Source: Octopus vulgaris
Lineage: Eukaryota
Direction: 5' to 3'
DNA: 64,000 bases
Assembly (NCBI GenBank): GCA_951406725.2
Contig: OX597818.1
Location: 83,638,001-83,702,000, forward strand
The notes beneath the pieces were generated by a model. It saw only the letters and a list, made by a program, of their open reading frames with translations. It was not told the DNA's origin and made no database searches. Shown here in pieces: positions 16,400 through 30,455 of this stretch. Position 1 is the first letter of the stretch. Every line of letters starts with the position of its first letter. The translations under genes and the position numbers were made by a program.

Positions 16400-17330
16400 G
16401 CGACCATAATAACTTTTAATTATTTTGATACTCACTGGTACTTTGACGCTTTAGTCTATCTGCTATTTTGCTCGTCCTTGAGCGATGGATGAAATCTGTG
16501 AAGTTATGATTTTCTGTTCGATATTAAAACAGATGTCGAGTTGCTCTTGTTTGCAAGCTTCTGGAACAAAAAATTCTCAGAATGTCAAATCGAAACCATC
16601 GATGAAACATCCGTCTTTGAAACTGTAGCTAATTTGGTCTGGGTTCTCCTACAAGTCGATAATGCAGTAATCACCACTGGGGCCATATTCAGTGGATCAA
16701 AAGTTTGATCGATTACCTGCAGAGCTTCATCTTTCAGAAGGGAACCATGTATTCAGTTGAGTCATTGTAATTTCATACATACGGCTTTTGATAGTAGAAT
16801 TCAAAACAGCAGAATGGATTGATTGTATGTGATAAACATTTGGCTCATTTTTATTATTAGGATTAAACTCTGTTAGCCAAAACTATAACAAATTCAGTTT
16901 GGCATTCAGGAATATAGTGTAGTGTCCTGAGGACGAATTAACGTTGAACATTTCGTAGACTTTCATGAAGCTTTAGATTAATCGCAAAGGATTGACTATG
17001 ATTCACAGCGCGATTGCCAGTAAACGTCTCCATATCTTTTATGTTTCTACAATAAAGGTTAATCAATGAGGAATTCCAATATCTCAATTTTCTGTTTCAA
17101 ATTCTAGGTAACAAATATATGTTTGGTGGAGAAGATATTTGTCATTGTTTAACAGTTGAAATGTCAAGTTTTTCACAACTGAACTCAATTGAACAAAGTT
17201 TCTTAACGTGTTCTTCAACAGGTTGGCCAAAACCAATGGCATTGTCAAGATAGACATAAAATCCTTTGGTTATTTTGTCAGCAATTATAAGCTTCGTCCC
17301 TACTTGATGACTGCATACAGAATAATTCAC
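16400..17330 (-). pseudogene. Degenerate Gypsy-like pol remnant
   Basis: FYVYLDNAIGFGQPVEEHVKKL (17142-17330 ORF) resembles the Gypsy RT motif VYLDDIIVFGxTxEEHxxxL. The remainder is heavily decayed. Confidence 0.45.
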
Positions 17331-17334
17331 ATCA

Positions 17335-17875
17335 AAAGGTCGACTTTGCCTATGTTGACTTGGCCTAATCGACTTTGCCTCTTACTATTTGGGGGTCGAT
17401 AAAACAAGTATCATTTGAGCACTGGAGTCGATGAGAATAACCCACTGGACAAAATGCTTAGTGGTATTTCGTCCATTAAGGCGGCGAGCAGGCAGAAACG
17501 TTAGCACACCGGGCGAAATGCGTAGCCGTATTTCGTCTGTCGTTACGTTCTGATTTCAAATTCCGCCGAGGTCGACTTTGCCTTTCATCCTTTCGGGGTC
17601 GATAAATTAAGTATCAGTTACGCACTGGGGGTCAATATAATCGATTTAATCCTTGTGTCTGTCCTTGTTTGTCCTCTCTGTGTTTAGCCCCTTGTGAGTA
17701 GTAAAGAAATAGGTATTTCGTCTGTCTCTACGTTCTCTGATCAAACCCCACCGACTTTGCCTCTCACCGCTTCAGGTTTTATTAACTAAGAACATGTTGG
17801 GCACTGAGATCGATGAAATTAATTTAAACCCCTCCCCCAAAATTGCTGGTTTTGTGCAAAAATTGAAAATCAATA
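17335..17875 (+). mobile_element. Nested SINE family B copies (young copy 17478-17711 inside an older copy)
   Basis: Full copy AAGGCGGCGAGC...GTAAAGAAATA flanked by a GGTATTTCGTC duplication (17463-17473 and 17712-17722). Confidence 0.88.
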
Positions 17876-19188
17876 TCATAGGGTCAAATATCTCTCTTAT
17901 GTTGATTCTCTCCTTCAGTAAATCAGTGGGTTTAGCTTCATAAATAATCACATCTGGTGTAGCATACGTGTTTATTCAACACTATGGCAGACGTCATTTA
18001 GTTTCTCTTCATCGATATATTTCTTACTGCAAGTTCATTCAAAGGATTAACGACTAGATCTTTGAGGTCAGCTGAATTTCTATGCTTTGACTATATCATC
18101 AATCTTTACATGTAACCTGTTGTTCTGTGCAGGTAATCATTTTTTTTATTCAACTTGAATTGAAAAATCAGAATGATCAAAAATTTTATGTTCTTTCATG
18201 CAGAGCAACCACATTTTTTTAGTGAATGTATTCCACTTAACAGTTCCAAATTTTTTTTCGTGTATGATGCATTTATGGTTGCATTTTATTTTATAATTTT
18301 ACTATTTTTTTTCAAATTGACTTAAATACATTTCACTTGTGGTTATTTATTTCTTAGATTTTATATATAATATTTCGCTACTACATATTAGCTTTTCTGG
18401 TTTGAACTTGCTCGCCAATGGATTTTATAGGAAATCTAAAGTTCAAAATGAGCAGTCTCGACAGCATGGCAACGGAAAAAGTAAAAGCGTTGTAAGAAAT
18501 ATAAAACTACAATTCAAAATATGAAAATATATGTATGTTTTAAATACAAGGTTGTACAACGCCGGATTTGATCCTAAGCCACTGCAGTTTATGTTGTCTT
18601 CTACACGTGAACGATCATACGGGCACAGGTGCATGGTTAAGAATCTCGCTTTGCCGCCAAGTGCTTTCGGGCTCAATCCAACTGCGCAGCATCTTTGGTG
18701 ACAGACTTCTGCTTTAGCCTTAGGTCGACCAACGCCTTGTGAATGGGTCGCGTAGATGATAACTGTGTGGAAAATGGTCATATATATATATACATGTGTG
18801 TATTTGTGTGTGTGTATGTTTGTGTTGTTGTATATGTTTGTGTATGTATATGTCTGCGTATGCGCGTGCATTGGTGTGTGCATGGATACTTGTACACCTC
18901 ACCATTTAACAACAGATTTTTGTTACCCAGAAGTTCAATAAAAGAGGGAGGGATAAAATAGGTACCAATCATTAAGAATAAGTACTTAAGAAGGTTTCTT
19001 CTGTTAAATCTAGTAAGTTGGTGCCCTAGGTTGGCTGCAGTCAAATTGTTAATTTAAGTAAATCACATATATTGCCCATGTATACAGACATACGTATATA
19101 TATACATACATATATATATACATATATATATATATACATACATATATACACACATATATATATATACATATGCATATGTATATACACA

Positions 19189-19563
<375 letters not shown>

Positions 19564-19577
19564 TATATATATATATA

Positions 19578-19669
<92 letters not shown>

Positions 19670-19679
19670 TATATATGTT

Positions 19680-20020
19680 GAAGGTTGAAAAGGAACACAC
19701 GAGTTGATACGTATAAGGAAAATAAGTCAAGGAATAAAAGGCTAAAATAATTTTAGCATGAAAAACATTTTAGAACCGGTTTCAATCGTTGCGACATTTT
19801 CAAATTACAGAAATTAAAAGAAATGTTTTTTAAAAAAATTATATCTATACATTTTCAAATGCAAGGGAATTTTCCTTTTTTCCTGCCTGTCTCTATCACT
19901 CTTTCTTGCTCTTATGGGTTTTAAGTAGTTAACACCTAGTTTAATATGAATCCTCGTCTATGATTGTTTAGGTAACATTAGTTGTAGAGAAAGGATGTCG
20001 CACAGAAGAAGAAGAAGAAG

Positions 20021-20052
<32 letters not shown>

Positions 20053-20063
20053 GAAGATGGTGG

Positions 20064-20097
<34 letters not shown>

Positions 20098-21680
20098 AGA
20101 ATAATAAAAGAATGCGGTAGTGGTATGACAATAGCCGGATGTTAAATGGTCAAATGACATAAAAGTGACCCGTTGTGGTTTTAATAGTAGTGATTGGAAT
20201 TGTTCTGAATAAATTACTGAAGTGATTATTTTGAATGTATGGTTTTTATATTTGCGTGGGTGTTATTCTAAGGCCCAGGTGAATATATCATTTGTTGTGG
20301 ATGCATTCAAAAGGGGTTTGTATTTTGTGATAAAGAATGAGTCTTTCCTTATGCGTTGACTACCGGTTGTATCTTCCCTGAATTGATAGAGGGGGAAATT
20401 CTGAAACCAGTTTCTTTTGTCATTGGCGTAAATGTAGAGGTGTTCGCTGAATGCTACTTTTCTGTTTTTCAGAATTTTGATCTGATTGATTTTTGTTTGG
20501 CCTATGTATTGCGCTCAAAACCCAGAGCAGGTTAATATGCATATCAGGTTCACCGAAGCACTGTGAAGTTGCTTTTTCCTGTGAAACCTTGTCCCTGTTT
20601 CAAAAAGAACTCTGATCCCTCAATTAGATTGACGCATATACCACAGGTGGGCCTTCCGCATATTTTTACTGACGGGTTCAGTGTTGTTGTTGAGCGTATT
20701 CGGGCTTGTGTTAGGAGACTTTTCATTGAGCGGCGTATGAGAATAGAAGATGACTACATAGAAGGATACTAGTAGAGTGTTTTGTTCATTGTCTCAGGGA
20801 GGTGATTGAACATATCCAGGTCGTTCCTTAAGTATATTTTGATATGCTTGAGGAATGGGTTTCAGAGAGTACCTAAAAGTTACTGACGTGGTGGGGGTTC
20901 GCATGCGGGACCTGCTATTATAGTCCTCAGCTTGAGGTCATTAGGAGTAGGGATTTTGATTATTATGCCTGTGGCTTCCCTGCATGCGTTACTTATTTTC
21001 TCACTCTTGCGTATCTTAGGAATACCGTAGAATTGACTGGATTCACTTTTGAAATTGTTCATATTGTCGTATTCCTTGTCGGTGAGCCCTTCTCTGTATA
21101 GGTTTAGCATGGATTTTTGGTTTCTCATTATTTTCTGCAGACTGTAGTGTTGGATCTTTTCATAATTTGTTGTGTCTTTTAATATGGATATTACTAGAGT
21201 TATATAGCATACCGTATTCATTAAGACGACTGCACTACCTTTATGAGACTCTTTGATTGTTATTGTTTTATCATCTTCAAATTTGTTCAGCTCGGCCCAT
21301 TCTTTTTTGCTGAAGTTTGGCTTGTGTTTTTGTTTGTGTATATGTTGATATGGGTAATTCGAGATGCATTCACAGAAATGATCAAGAGCTTTATTCTTAC
21401 CTTTTGAAGGGGTGTAGTTCTGTTTCGGACTAACGAATCGTTCTTGTTGTATTTGTCGTAATTGTATTTGTCGTAATTTTCTACAGAATTCCGCGATGTC
21501 TTTTTGCATTTCAAAAACTATGGAAATATATTTTTTTAAAATATCTCATTTAATTTTTCCACAATTTAATTGTACTTCATTCTTTACTGTAAGTTTAAAA
21601 AGTCGCAATGACTGAAACCGCAACTAAAGTGTTCTTCATGATAAATTTATTTTAGCATTTTCTACCTTGTCTTTTATATA
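19680..21680 (-). mobile_element. Penelope-like retroelement (Neptune-type), internally deleted, with an inverted terminal pLTR copy
   Basis: ORF 20880-21509 has ITIKESHKGSAVVLM, FYGIPKIRK and LRTIIAGP (PLE RT N-terminus). Downstream are CGRPTCGIC and NLICILTC..QYIGQT (Zn linker and GIY-YIG). Region 19700-19830 is repeated in inverted orientation at about 21575-21675. Confidence 0.92.
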
Positions 21681-22767
21681 TATACATACATATATATATA
21701 TATATGATTGAAGAAATTGGATTGAACTGAAAGGTGTACTGTTCGACAGCTATTTTTTAGTTACTAGAGTTGTTTTCTGCTAACGTTGTTCTCCAAAAAT
21801 ACAGGTATTTGATTATGCAACTGTTTGTTTGCACAGATAATATTCAAAGGTTGTCTCCGATAGTTTAAAATCATCAAACTCAAGGACAACCCAACCGTCC
21901 GTCAGGGTTTGAATTTTGTAGCAGTTGGTAGATTCATGTTTTTTTTTGCTGCCAGGGTGTGTTTGTTGGACTACTATATATGTATATACACACACATATA
22001 TGTGTGTTTGTTGTTGTTGATGTGATAAAAATGTATAAAATCTGAAAGAACGTGAAATAATTAGTTATTTCATTTTCTCATTCAGAATATGAAACTGGAA
22101 GCACATAGAGCTATAAGTAGCAGCATGTATAAACTGGGTTAAAAACACTTTTTATAGGAAGATGTCGAAGGCTGCCCGTAGGATTGAAACCACATTTGTA
22201 AACGTGATAACTGCATTGAACGTCGTAGACAGATGGGAGGGAGGACGGGAAGGAGGAAGAGCAAGAGGGGAGTGAGGAGATGGGTGTCGGGTAGGGGAAG
22301 GAAGAAAAAGAGGAGAAGGAGGTTAAGGAGGGAGTTGAGGAAGGAAAGAGAAAGAAGGGGAATGTAATGCGGAGGGGAGGAAATAACAGACTAGTTAGCT
22401 GAAACTGAAAAAGGTTCTCCAGTATACAATATTTATAGCAATAAATATCTTTCATTGATCTTAGATGCATTTCTAGTAAGCTGTTTGTCTGCCGAATAAG
22501 CTTCCTTCTTTTCTTCTCTGCATTAATCGCTTGGGTATTTGCAAAGTTAACAATTTATGGCAAACAGTTCCCAGGGATTACAACATTGAAGTGGCTACCG
22601 TAATATTAATACACATCTTCCATTATGGAGGATATCAAGAAAGAGGGTACCCATGCAATAATTATAATTGAAACTTTTATCAAATTACCTAGGATGGAAC
22701 AGTATACTTCCTAAATTCTCCGCTGAATGACATGTAACGTCTCTGTATACATTCATACATACATACA

Positions 22768-22803
<36 letters not shown>

Positions 22804-23111
22804 TATATATATGTCTGTGTGACTGAGACAGGTACATAGATAGATAGATAGAGAGAGAGAGAGAAAGAGAAACATAGGTAGACAGGCAGACAAGTAGACG
22901 GATAAACATAGATAAAGATAGATCGATAGATAGGTAGACAGACAAATAGATACACATACAAATAGATGGGTAGATAGATAGATAGATAGACAGACAGAAA
23001 AATATATAGACAAACAAATAGATAGATAGAAAAATAGATGGATGGATGGATCGATAGATATATAGATAAACAAATAGAGCGCTAGATAGTTAGATAAATA
23101 GACAGACAAAT

Positions 23112-23205
<94 letters not shown>

Positions 23206-23962
23206 TGTATGAGTATGTCCGTATGTATGTATATCCAAGCTTGCTTAGATTCATATCCAAAAGATACGAATTAAACATGAACATAACTTGAGTCCATTGC
23301 TAATTATTAACATGGAAAATGAGTGGTATAAATTTTATCAAGTTATTTATTAGCTTAAATATTCTCATGTCACCTTCTTCGTGTCTTATAAGCGTTATCC
23401 GTTCACAAAATATATTGAAATACATATATATAAATACAAATTTCTTCTAATTAAACGCAAATAAACCCGCGCAGATATGCGAGCGCAAACTCAAATATAT
23501 ATGTAGACATAAATTTTGTTTCTAATGCATTATAAAATTTATGACGAAACACTTACACCACTGAATATGTAGTCAATGATGTGAATTACATAAATTTATG
23601 CTAATACAAGATTCGGACGCTTGTAAAATACATGAGTGTGTATTTGAAAGTGTGTTTAACAAGTGTACACCTAGGTATACGTATGGCTAATTTTGATCAC
23701 ACACACACACATATATATATGCATATATATACATATAAGGATGTTATTGGATATGTGCACATATATGCATGCGGTTGTGTGATACTCCTTGCTAATTGAT
23801 ATTCTATCAAAGCAAGGATTTGTATTTCCTATTAATGGCATTCAGTGTGACATCATTCGACTGCATGTGTTTCTATAAGCAGATATTTGAGAGAATCGTT
23901 ATTGGTGCCATGGAAAGATGTTATAGATAACCATTAATTTTCTATAAGTAAATGGATTTTTA

Positions 23963-24011
<49 letters not shown>

Positions 24012-24174
24012 GTGAGTGATCCAGCGTTGAATGTTTGTATCATTTTATGATAATATTGCACATATAACTATATATGTATAAATGTACATTCTTTATGCAT
24101 ACACACACACATACATACACACGCACACACGTATATATATATATATATAGGGAGAGTTATATATATATATATAT

Positions 24175-24466
24175 CATCGTGATCACCGTGACCGACCGGG
24201 CTATCAGATGTTGTTACACATCGCTGGTCACAATGCGCTTCGCATTGTTTTAGCCTTCAAATGACGCCACCCCGCTGGCTAAGCGAGCAGGCCAAGAGAA
24301 GAAAGAGTGAGAGAAAGTTGTGGCGAAAGAGTTCGCCACCATCCCCTGCCGGAGCCTCGTAGAACTTTAGGTGTTTTCGCTCAATAAACACTCACAACGC
24401 CTGGTCTGGTGATCGAAACCGCGATCCTCCGACCACGAGTCCGCTGCCCTAACCACTGGGCCATTG

Positions 24467-24470
<4 letters not shown>
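24175..24470 (-). mobile_element. SINE family C, tail variant 2
   Basis: Head GGCGCAATGGCCCAGTGGTTAGGGCAGCGGACTCG..GGTTTCGATCACC; tail GGCTAAAACAATGCGAAGCGCATTGTGACCAGCGATGTGTAACAACATCTGATAGC. Confidence 0.9.
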
Positions 24471-24506
<36 letters not shown>

Positions 24507-24556
24507 TATATATATATATATATATATATATCTTTGTATGTATGTATGTATTTATT

Positions 24557-24962
24557 CTCTGTTACTTGTTTCAGTTCTGTCATTAGACTACGACAATACT
24601 GGAGCACCGCCAGAAAGGATTTTACTCGAAGAAATCGACAACAAAACTTATTCTTTGTAAGCCTAGTAATTATTCTATCGGTCTCTTTTCCCGATTTGAA
24701 GAGTTACGGGGACGTAAATACACCAACATCGGTTGTCAAGCGATGGTGGGGGAAGAAACGCAGAGAAAAACACACACGTAGATACATATTCATATATATA
24801 CGACGGTCTTCTTTCAGCTTCCGTCTAACAAATCCACTCACAAGGCTTTGGTCGGCCCAAGGCTATAGCAAAAGACAGTCGATAAAGATTCCACACATTG
24901 GGACTGAACCCGGAACTATCTGATTGGGTAGCAAGCTTCTTAGCACAAAGCCACGGCTGCGC
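24557..24962 (-). mobile_element. SINE family A copy
   Basis: Colinear with 27623-28027 from head to tail. Confidence 0.85.
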
Positions 24963-25160
24963 TTCCAATTTTCAGTCGAAATGGATTGGTTCCTTTACGT
25001 TTCATTTTAAGCCTGGTACTTCTTCAGTCGGACCATTTTGCCGAACCGCTTAGTCAAGGGTCTGTAACTAGACTAACACCGCTTGCCTAGCGGCGGAAGA
25101 CGGACACAAACACGCAGAAACATGCACACAAGCAAGCACGCACACACACACACACATATG

Positions 25161-25199
<39 letters not shown>

Positions 25200-25206
25200 A
25201 CATATA

Positions 25207-25471
25207 CATATGAGAGGGAAACCACTATGTGGATGCCCTTATGCTAGACGTAGATCCACTATGATCTTACCACTAAGAAATGTTCTCAAGAAATAAATTC
25301 AGATTCATGTATGTGAATAATCCATATTTTTATTGCTTTTCTTTTGTCTCGCTCGATTACGTTTTGGTTATTTGCTGAATTTATTTCTTGAGAACATTTC
25401 TTATTTTGTAGGACAATAGCGGATCTACTTCTAGCATAAGGACATCCTCATAATGGTTTCCCTCTCATATG
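25207..25471. repeat. Inverted repeat (~95-bp arms, ~75-bp spacer) next to an (AT)n tract
   Basis: CATATGAGAGGGAAACCA...CTCAAGAAATAAATTCAG and its reverse complement CTGAATTTATTTCTTGAG...TGGTTTCCCTCTCATATG. Confidence 0.9.
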
Positions 25472-25588
25472 CATACAATGCAATTTTACTGAACCTTCAG
25501 TTTTTTTTATATGCTAGACCACTAGTGTGAAAATGATATTAATTAAATTAATATCAAATTTCTCACCCTCATTTTAAATTTATACATA

Positions 25589-25651
<63 letters not shown>

Positions 25652-25923
25652 ATATATATGTGTATATATATATATATATACATGTTATATATTTAAATAT
25701 ATGTATATATATGTATGTATATATAAGTATTATCTGTAAGTATGTATATATATATATAAGTTTGAATATATGCATATATATATATATAAATAAAATATAT
25801 GCATATATACATGTATATATATATATATATATATAAATATATATATGCATATATACATGTAAATATATATATATGTGTGTGTATATATATATGTATATAT
25901 ATGTGTATATATATGTACATATA

Positions 25924-25968
<45 letters not shown>

Positions 25969-26357
25969 TGATAATGTATATATTTTTATATATACATATG
26001 TATATATATACATATGTATATATATATATATATACATATATGCATACATAAATACTTATATAAATTCATACTATATATTGAGATATGTCTTCATACTCCT
26101 TGGCTCCATTAAGTTACTCGGAGTGGTAACAGGGTGTAAATATTACCGTTATATAACAACAATATTTTTTACATTCTGTTATATTAATGTGTACTCCTAT
26201 TCGTGCTTTTAAATGCAAATTTACTTGCACACAAACTCATATACATTGTTATATATACATACATATCTGTGTATGTGTGTGTATGCATAAATGTATGCAT
26301 GTATATGTGTAGATATACATATACATACGCACGCATTCGCACTCAAACACACGCCTG

Positions 26358-26412
<55 letters not shown>

Positions 26413-27622
26413 GCACATGTAGGTGTATATATACATGCTGGCTTTTATGTACGTATGTCTGCATATACTTCTAAATATGTAATGTAATTGATAAGCCATT
26501 ATCGTTACGTAAGTATATGTGCCAGCTATTTTACTTTTGTAAATGTATGCGTATGTGTATGTGCTTGTATGATTCCACATCTATGTCTACGTGCTTTTAA
26601 CGTACATGTGCTTCTTTTAGAAACCATGTAAGATGAAAGAATGGAAAATATTTCTAATAGCCAATACCCCTATCAGTCAGATGATACCTATTTCTCATCT
26701 CGTGTTCTTAATCAAAATATTTTAAAGCTTATATCATGGAAACGGCTTCTAAGAGAAAAAAGAAGGAACAATCCATTAATTCTATCCCATCGTGCGCGTC
26801 ACTTTCTTTTTTTATAATGATCTGTCGATATATTGTACATGTTACAATAAAATATGGAATAAAATATAGAAAACACAGAATATTATGTAAGTTACAATAA
26901 AATATATAAGTTCCAGCTTTCAGTATCTATTCTTTTGTATTCTACCATATTTTTACCATATTTCTGCTTCTTTGAAGCAGAGTATTATGTCGTATTACAT
27001 ACTTAGGCGTTATAAAGCTACAAATGTTTTGTTTAAGGTTATCTAGCGTGTCACAAGTTGTGACACTTTATAGGTTTGTATCTATGTTGATTGTGTCTGT
27101 CGAAAAATATCTCTTTGTGTTAGAGAAAAGCTTTTTCCTTATGTCATAAAAATGATAGTTTCTGGAGCTGTATACGCTGCAAATGTAAACGGAGAGCTAT
27201 ATACACCTACACACAGCACTGTGCATTATCTGCATTTATATATACAAAACACTCACACACACACACAACACTTTGGCATGCGCGCGCACACACATATATC
27301 ATGGATATTGGGAAGTTCAATACCTCTCAGTGAGTAGTGGGTTCATCCTGGGTCAACGAGTTTCAGCTTCAGACTCTTCTGAAGTATCATATAGGCATGC
27401 TTGTGTATGAATATACGAATATGCACACACACACACACACACACACGTATATACACACATATATTTATATACATATCATATATATATATATATATATATA
27501 TGTATATGTATATATATATGTATATATGCATCCACACATACACACATATATACATACATATATGTATGTATACATCTACATGTATATATATATGTGTGTG
27601 TATGTATACATATATTATTTTT

Positions 27623-28027
27623 CTTTTACTTGTTTCGGTCATTTGATTGCGGCCATGCTGGAGTACCGCCTTTAGTCGAGCAAATCGACCCTAGGACTTA
27701 TTTTTAGGAAGCCTAATACATATTCTATCGTCTCTTTGACGAAGCGCTAAGTTACGGGGGCGTAAACACACCACCATCGGTTGTGAAGCGATGTTGGGGG
27801 GAAAAACACAGACACACAAACATATATACGCATACATAAATATATATATATATACATATATATACGACGGGCTTCTATCAGTTTCCGCTTACCAAATTCA
27901 CTCACAAGACTTTGGTGGGCCCGAGGCTATAGTAGAAGACACTTGCCCAAGTTTCCACGCAGTGGGACTGAACCCGGAACCATGTGGTTGGTAAGCAAGC
28001 TACTTACTACACAGCCACTCCTGCACC
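27623..28027 (-). mobile_element. Full-length SINE family A (best copy)
   Basis: tRNA-like head GGTGCAGGAGTGGCTGTGTAGTAAGTAGCTTGCTTACCAACCACATGGTTCCGGGTTCAGTCCC, an internal (AT/GT) tract, and tail GGCGGTACTCCAGCATGGCCGCAATCAAATGACCGAAACAAGTAAAAG. Confidence 0.92.
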
Positions 28028-29300
28028 TATGTATATAGAGACAAAGAAAAATCCGTCAGGAAGTAAACGATGTTGTAAAAACTCAACCTATTTATTCCTG
28101 GGTTGTAAGTAAGTGTTATTTTCGTATTTCTGATGCCTAGAATCTGCAAGAAATTGTAATTAACTTCTATAAATTTTATTTTTATGTCAAAACTAAGATT
28201 ATTTCATTATTTAACATTTCCAGAATATTCCAAAGGAATGTTATACTGAACTATTCATAGACAATTCGGTTTGTTTTTTTGAGTTTCATTAGAATTTTCA
28301 AATGATATAACATCTACTTCAAATACAGGGACATTAATTTTGTTTAATTTCAGAATCATTAGTTTGGTTTAATTTCAGTTACCTAAACACTTAGACGTAT
28401 ATGTAGTTATTAGAGATGTTTTCAGTATCTGAGGTCATCTGCTAGATGTACTTTACCACATCAATGGCGAATTTAAGAAGATAAGAGTAAAAACGTTCAA
28501 CAAGGGATATTTCGACTTGAATGTCGGGATTCAAGACAGACCACATCAAACCGGAATGATGCTGACGATTTGGAACATCTGGTTGGACATTCAGATTGTT
28601 TTGGCAACAGTATTCTCTGAGGCTGGAAAAAATCACAGACGCGCACACACATAAACACGCAAAGCATACACACACGCATGCAAAAGCATACCAACGTGCG
28701 TAATAGCTCACGCGCAGGTATATACGCATGCATACAGAACGAGTGAGAGAGAGAAAGAGAGAGAGAGAGAGATTATAATTTATCAATTGAACGTGATTGA
28801 TATAAATACTCAATCAAATTATACTCACACAAACAGAGAGAGAAACAGAGCGAGATAAGGTGGATTAGAGAGGAGGGAGAGAACCAGAGAACTATTGAAA
28901 CATCAAATAAATCCGCGTCGAATCAGCAATGTCATATCGGCAGGGCTGAAGTAGTTGTGCCAAAACACCTGTGCCGAAATATTCTACAGAATAAAAATGG
29001 ACGAGACATATCAATAATACAATAAACAACAGAACATGCTGTCCTGCAGAACAAAATAGATGTAGCGTATAAACAAAACGGTAAATAGGCGGTATGTGTG
29101 GTAAGAAGTTAGTTTTACAGCCACATGGTTCTAATTACAGTCCCACTGCGAGGTACCTTGGGCAACTGTCTTCTACTATAGACGCGTGCCGAACAAAGAC
29201 TTGAGGGCTGATTTGAAAAACGAAAACTGAAAAGAATATCTTCATATATATGTATACACATATACGTATATGCGTATGTATACATATATATGCATATATA

Positions 29301-29363
<63 letters not shown>

Positions 29364-29468
29364 GGGGTGAGTACTTGATAATTATAAGCACCTGTGTATA
29401 CCGTTTGGTGGTGTAGGTGGTGGAGTAAATTGATCAAAATAAAATAAAAACATGATGCGAAGGACTCA

Positions 29469-29546
29469 GCGGTACATATGTTTCGGGCCTTTATTAGACA
29501 GATTTATAACAATGCATAATGTATGTCTGTGGCCTTCTTCAGCCGC
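29469..29546 (-). ncRNA. Type I hammerhead ribozyme motif with intact core
   Basis: Minus strand: GCGG-CUGAAGA-aGGCC...GGCCc-GAAA-CAUAUG-UA-CCGC. Stem I is GCGG/CCGC and stem III is the palindrome ACAUAUGU. Confidence 0.82.
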
Positions 29547-29932
29547 GCACAACAGCTTCCACAAGGACATGTGTTACATCAAAAATTCTTGGTTGGGGAT
29601 GCAAATCCTCTCATTCGCGTACGACATAATGCGGCAGCAGCATAGAATTGAAGCGTCCATCTCTTTCTTCTCTCAATGTAGAATGAGGAAAATTGGATGT
29701 TGAAGTAATGTAAATAAATAAATACATATATAGACGTGAAGATGGAGGGGCGAGAATTCAGGACGAGGGATAAAAAATGTATAAAAAGTGTAAGTATAGA
29801 AAAATATAAAAATGTAGAGCATAAAGATATAAAGAGATATAAGGAGATGTAAAGGGGGTATAAAGAATATAAAGAAATATAAAGAAATATAAATAAATGT
29901 AAAGGCATCACACACATATATATATATGTATA

Positions 29933-29964
<32 letters not shown>

Positions 29965-30024
29965 AACACACACACATATATATATATATGTATATGTGTG
30001 TGTATATATACATATATATATATA

Positions 30025-30074
<50 letters not shown>

Positions 30075-30078
<4 letters not shown>

Positions 30079-30196
30079 ATCATTGTTTAACGTCCGCTTT
30101 CCATGCAAGTATAGGTTGGACGATTTGGCCTGCGAACCAGATGACTGTACCAGGCTCCAATCTGATCTGGCATAGTTTCTACAGCTGGATGCCCTT
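30075..30196 (-). mobile_element. 3' fragment of a SINE with an RTE-type tail
   Basis: AAGGGCATCCAGCTGTAGAAAC...GCATGGAAAGCGGACGTTAAACAATGATGA on the minus strand. Confidence 0.65.
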
Positions 30197-30202
30197 CATA
30201 CA

Positions 30203-30289
<87 letters not shown>

Positions 30290-30372
30290 GCCTCTAAAAG
30301 AAGACGCAAGTACTAGATACATAAAAAGTGGATAAATTCAATGAAATGAAAATCAAAAACGTTTACAAACTC

Positions 30373-30455
30373 GGCTCGTCTTATACTGCAGTTTCGTCTT
30401 TTTTAGCAGACAAATATAATTTATCTGCCAAGGCTAGACTCTTCAGTAAGCAGCC
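30373..30455 (-). ncRNA. Type I hammerhead ribozyme with intact core (unit 1)
   Basis: GGCUgCUUA-CUGAAGA-GUCU..UUGGCAGAUAAAU uau AUUUGUCUGCUAA..AGAC-GAAA-CUGCAG-UA-UAAGacgAGCC. Confidence 0.88.

Noticed and set aside
24400-24470. tRNA-like sequences (also at 7230-7302, 34000-34072 and the SINE A/B heads)
   Set aside because: They are SINE heads continuing into SINE bodies, with no complete cloverleaf or acceptor stem.
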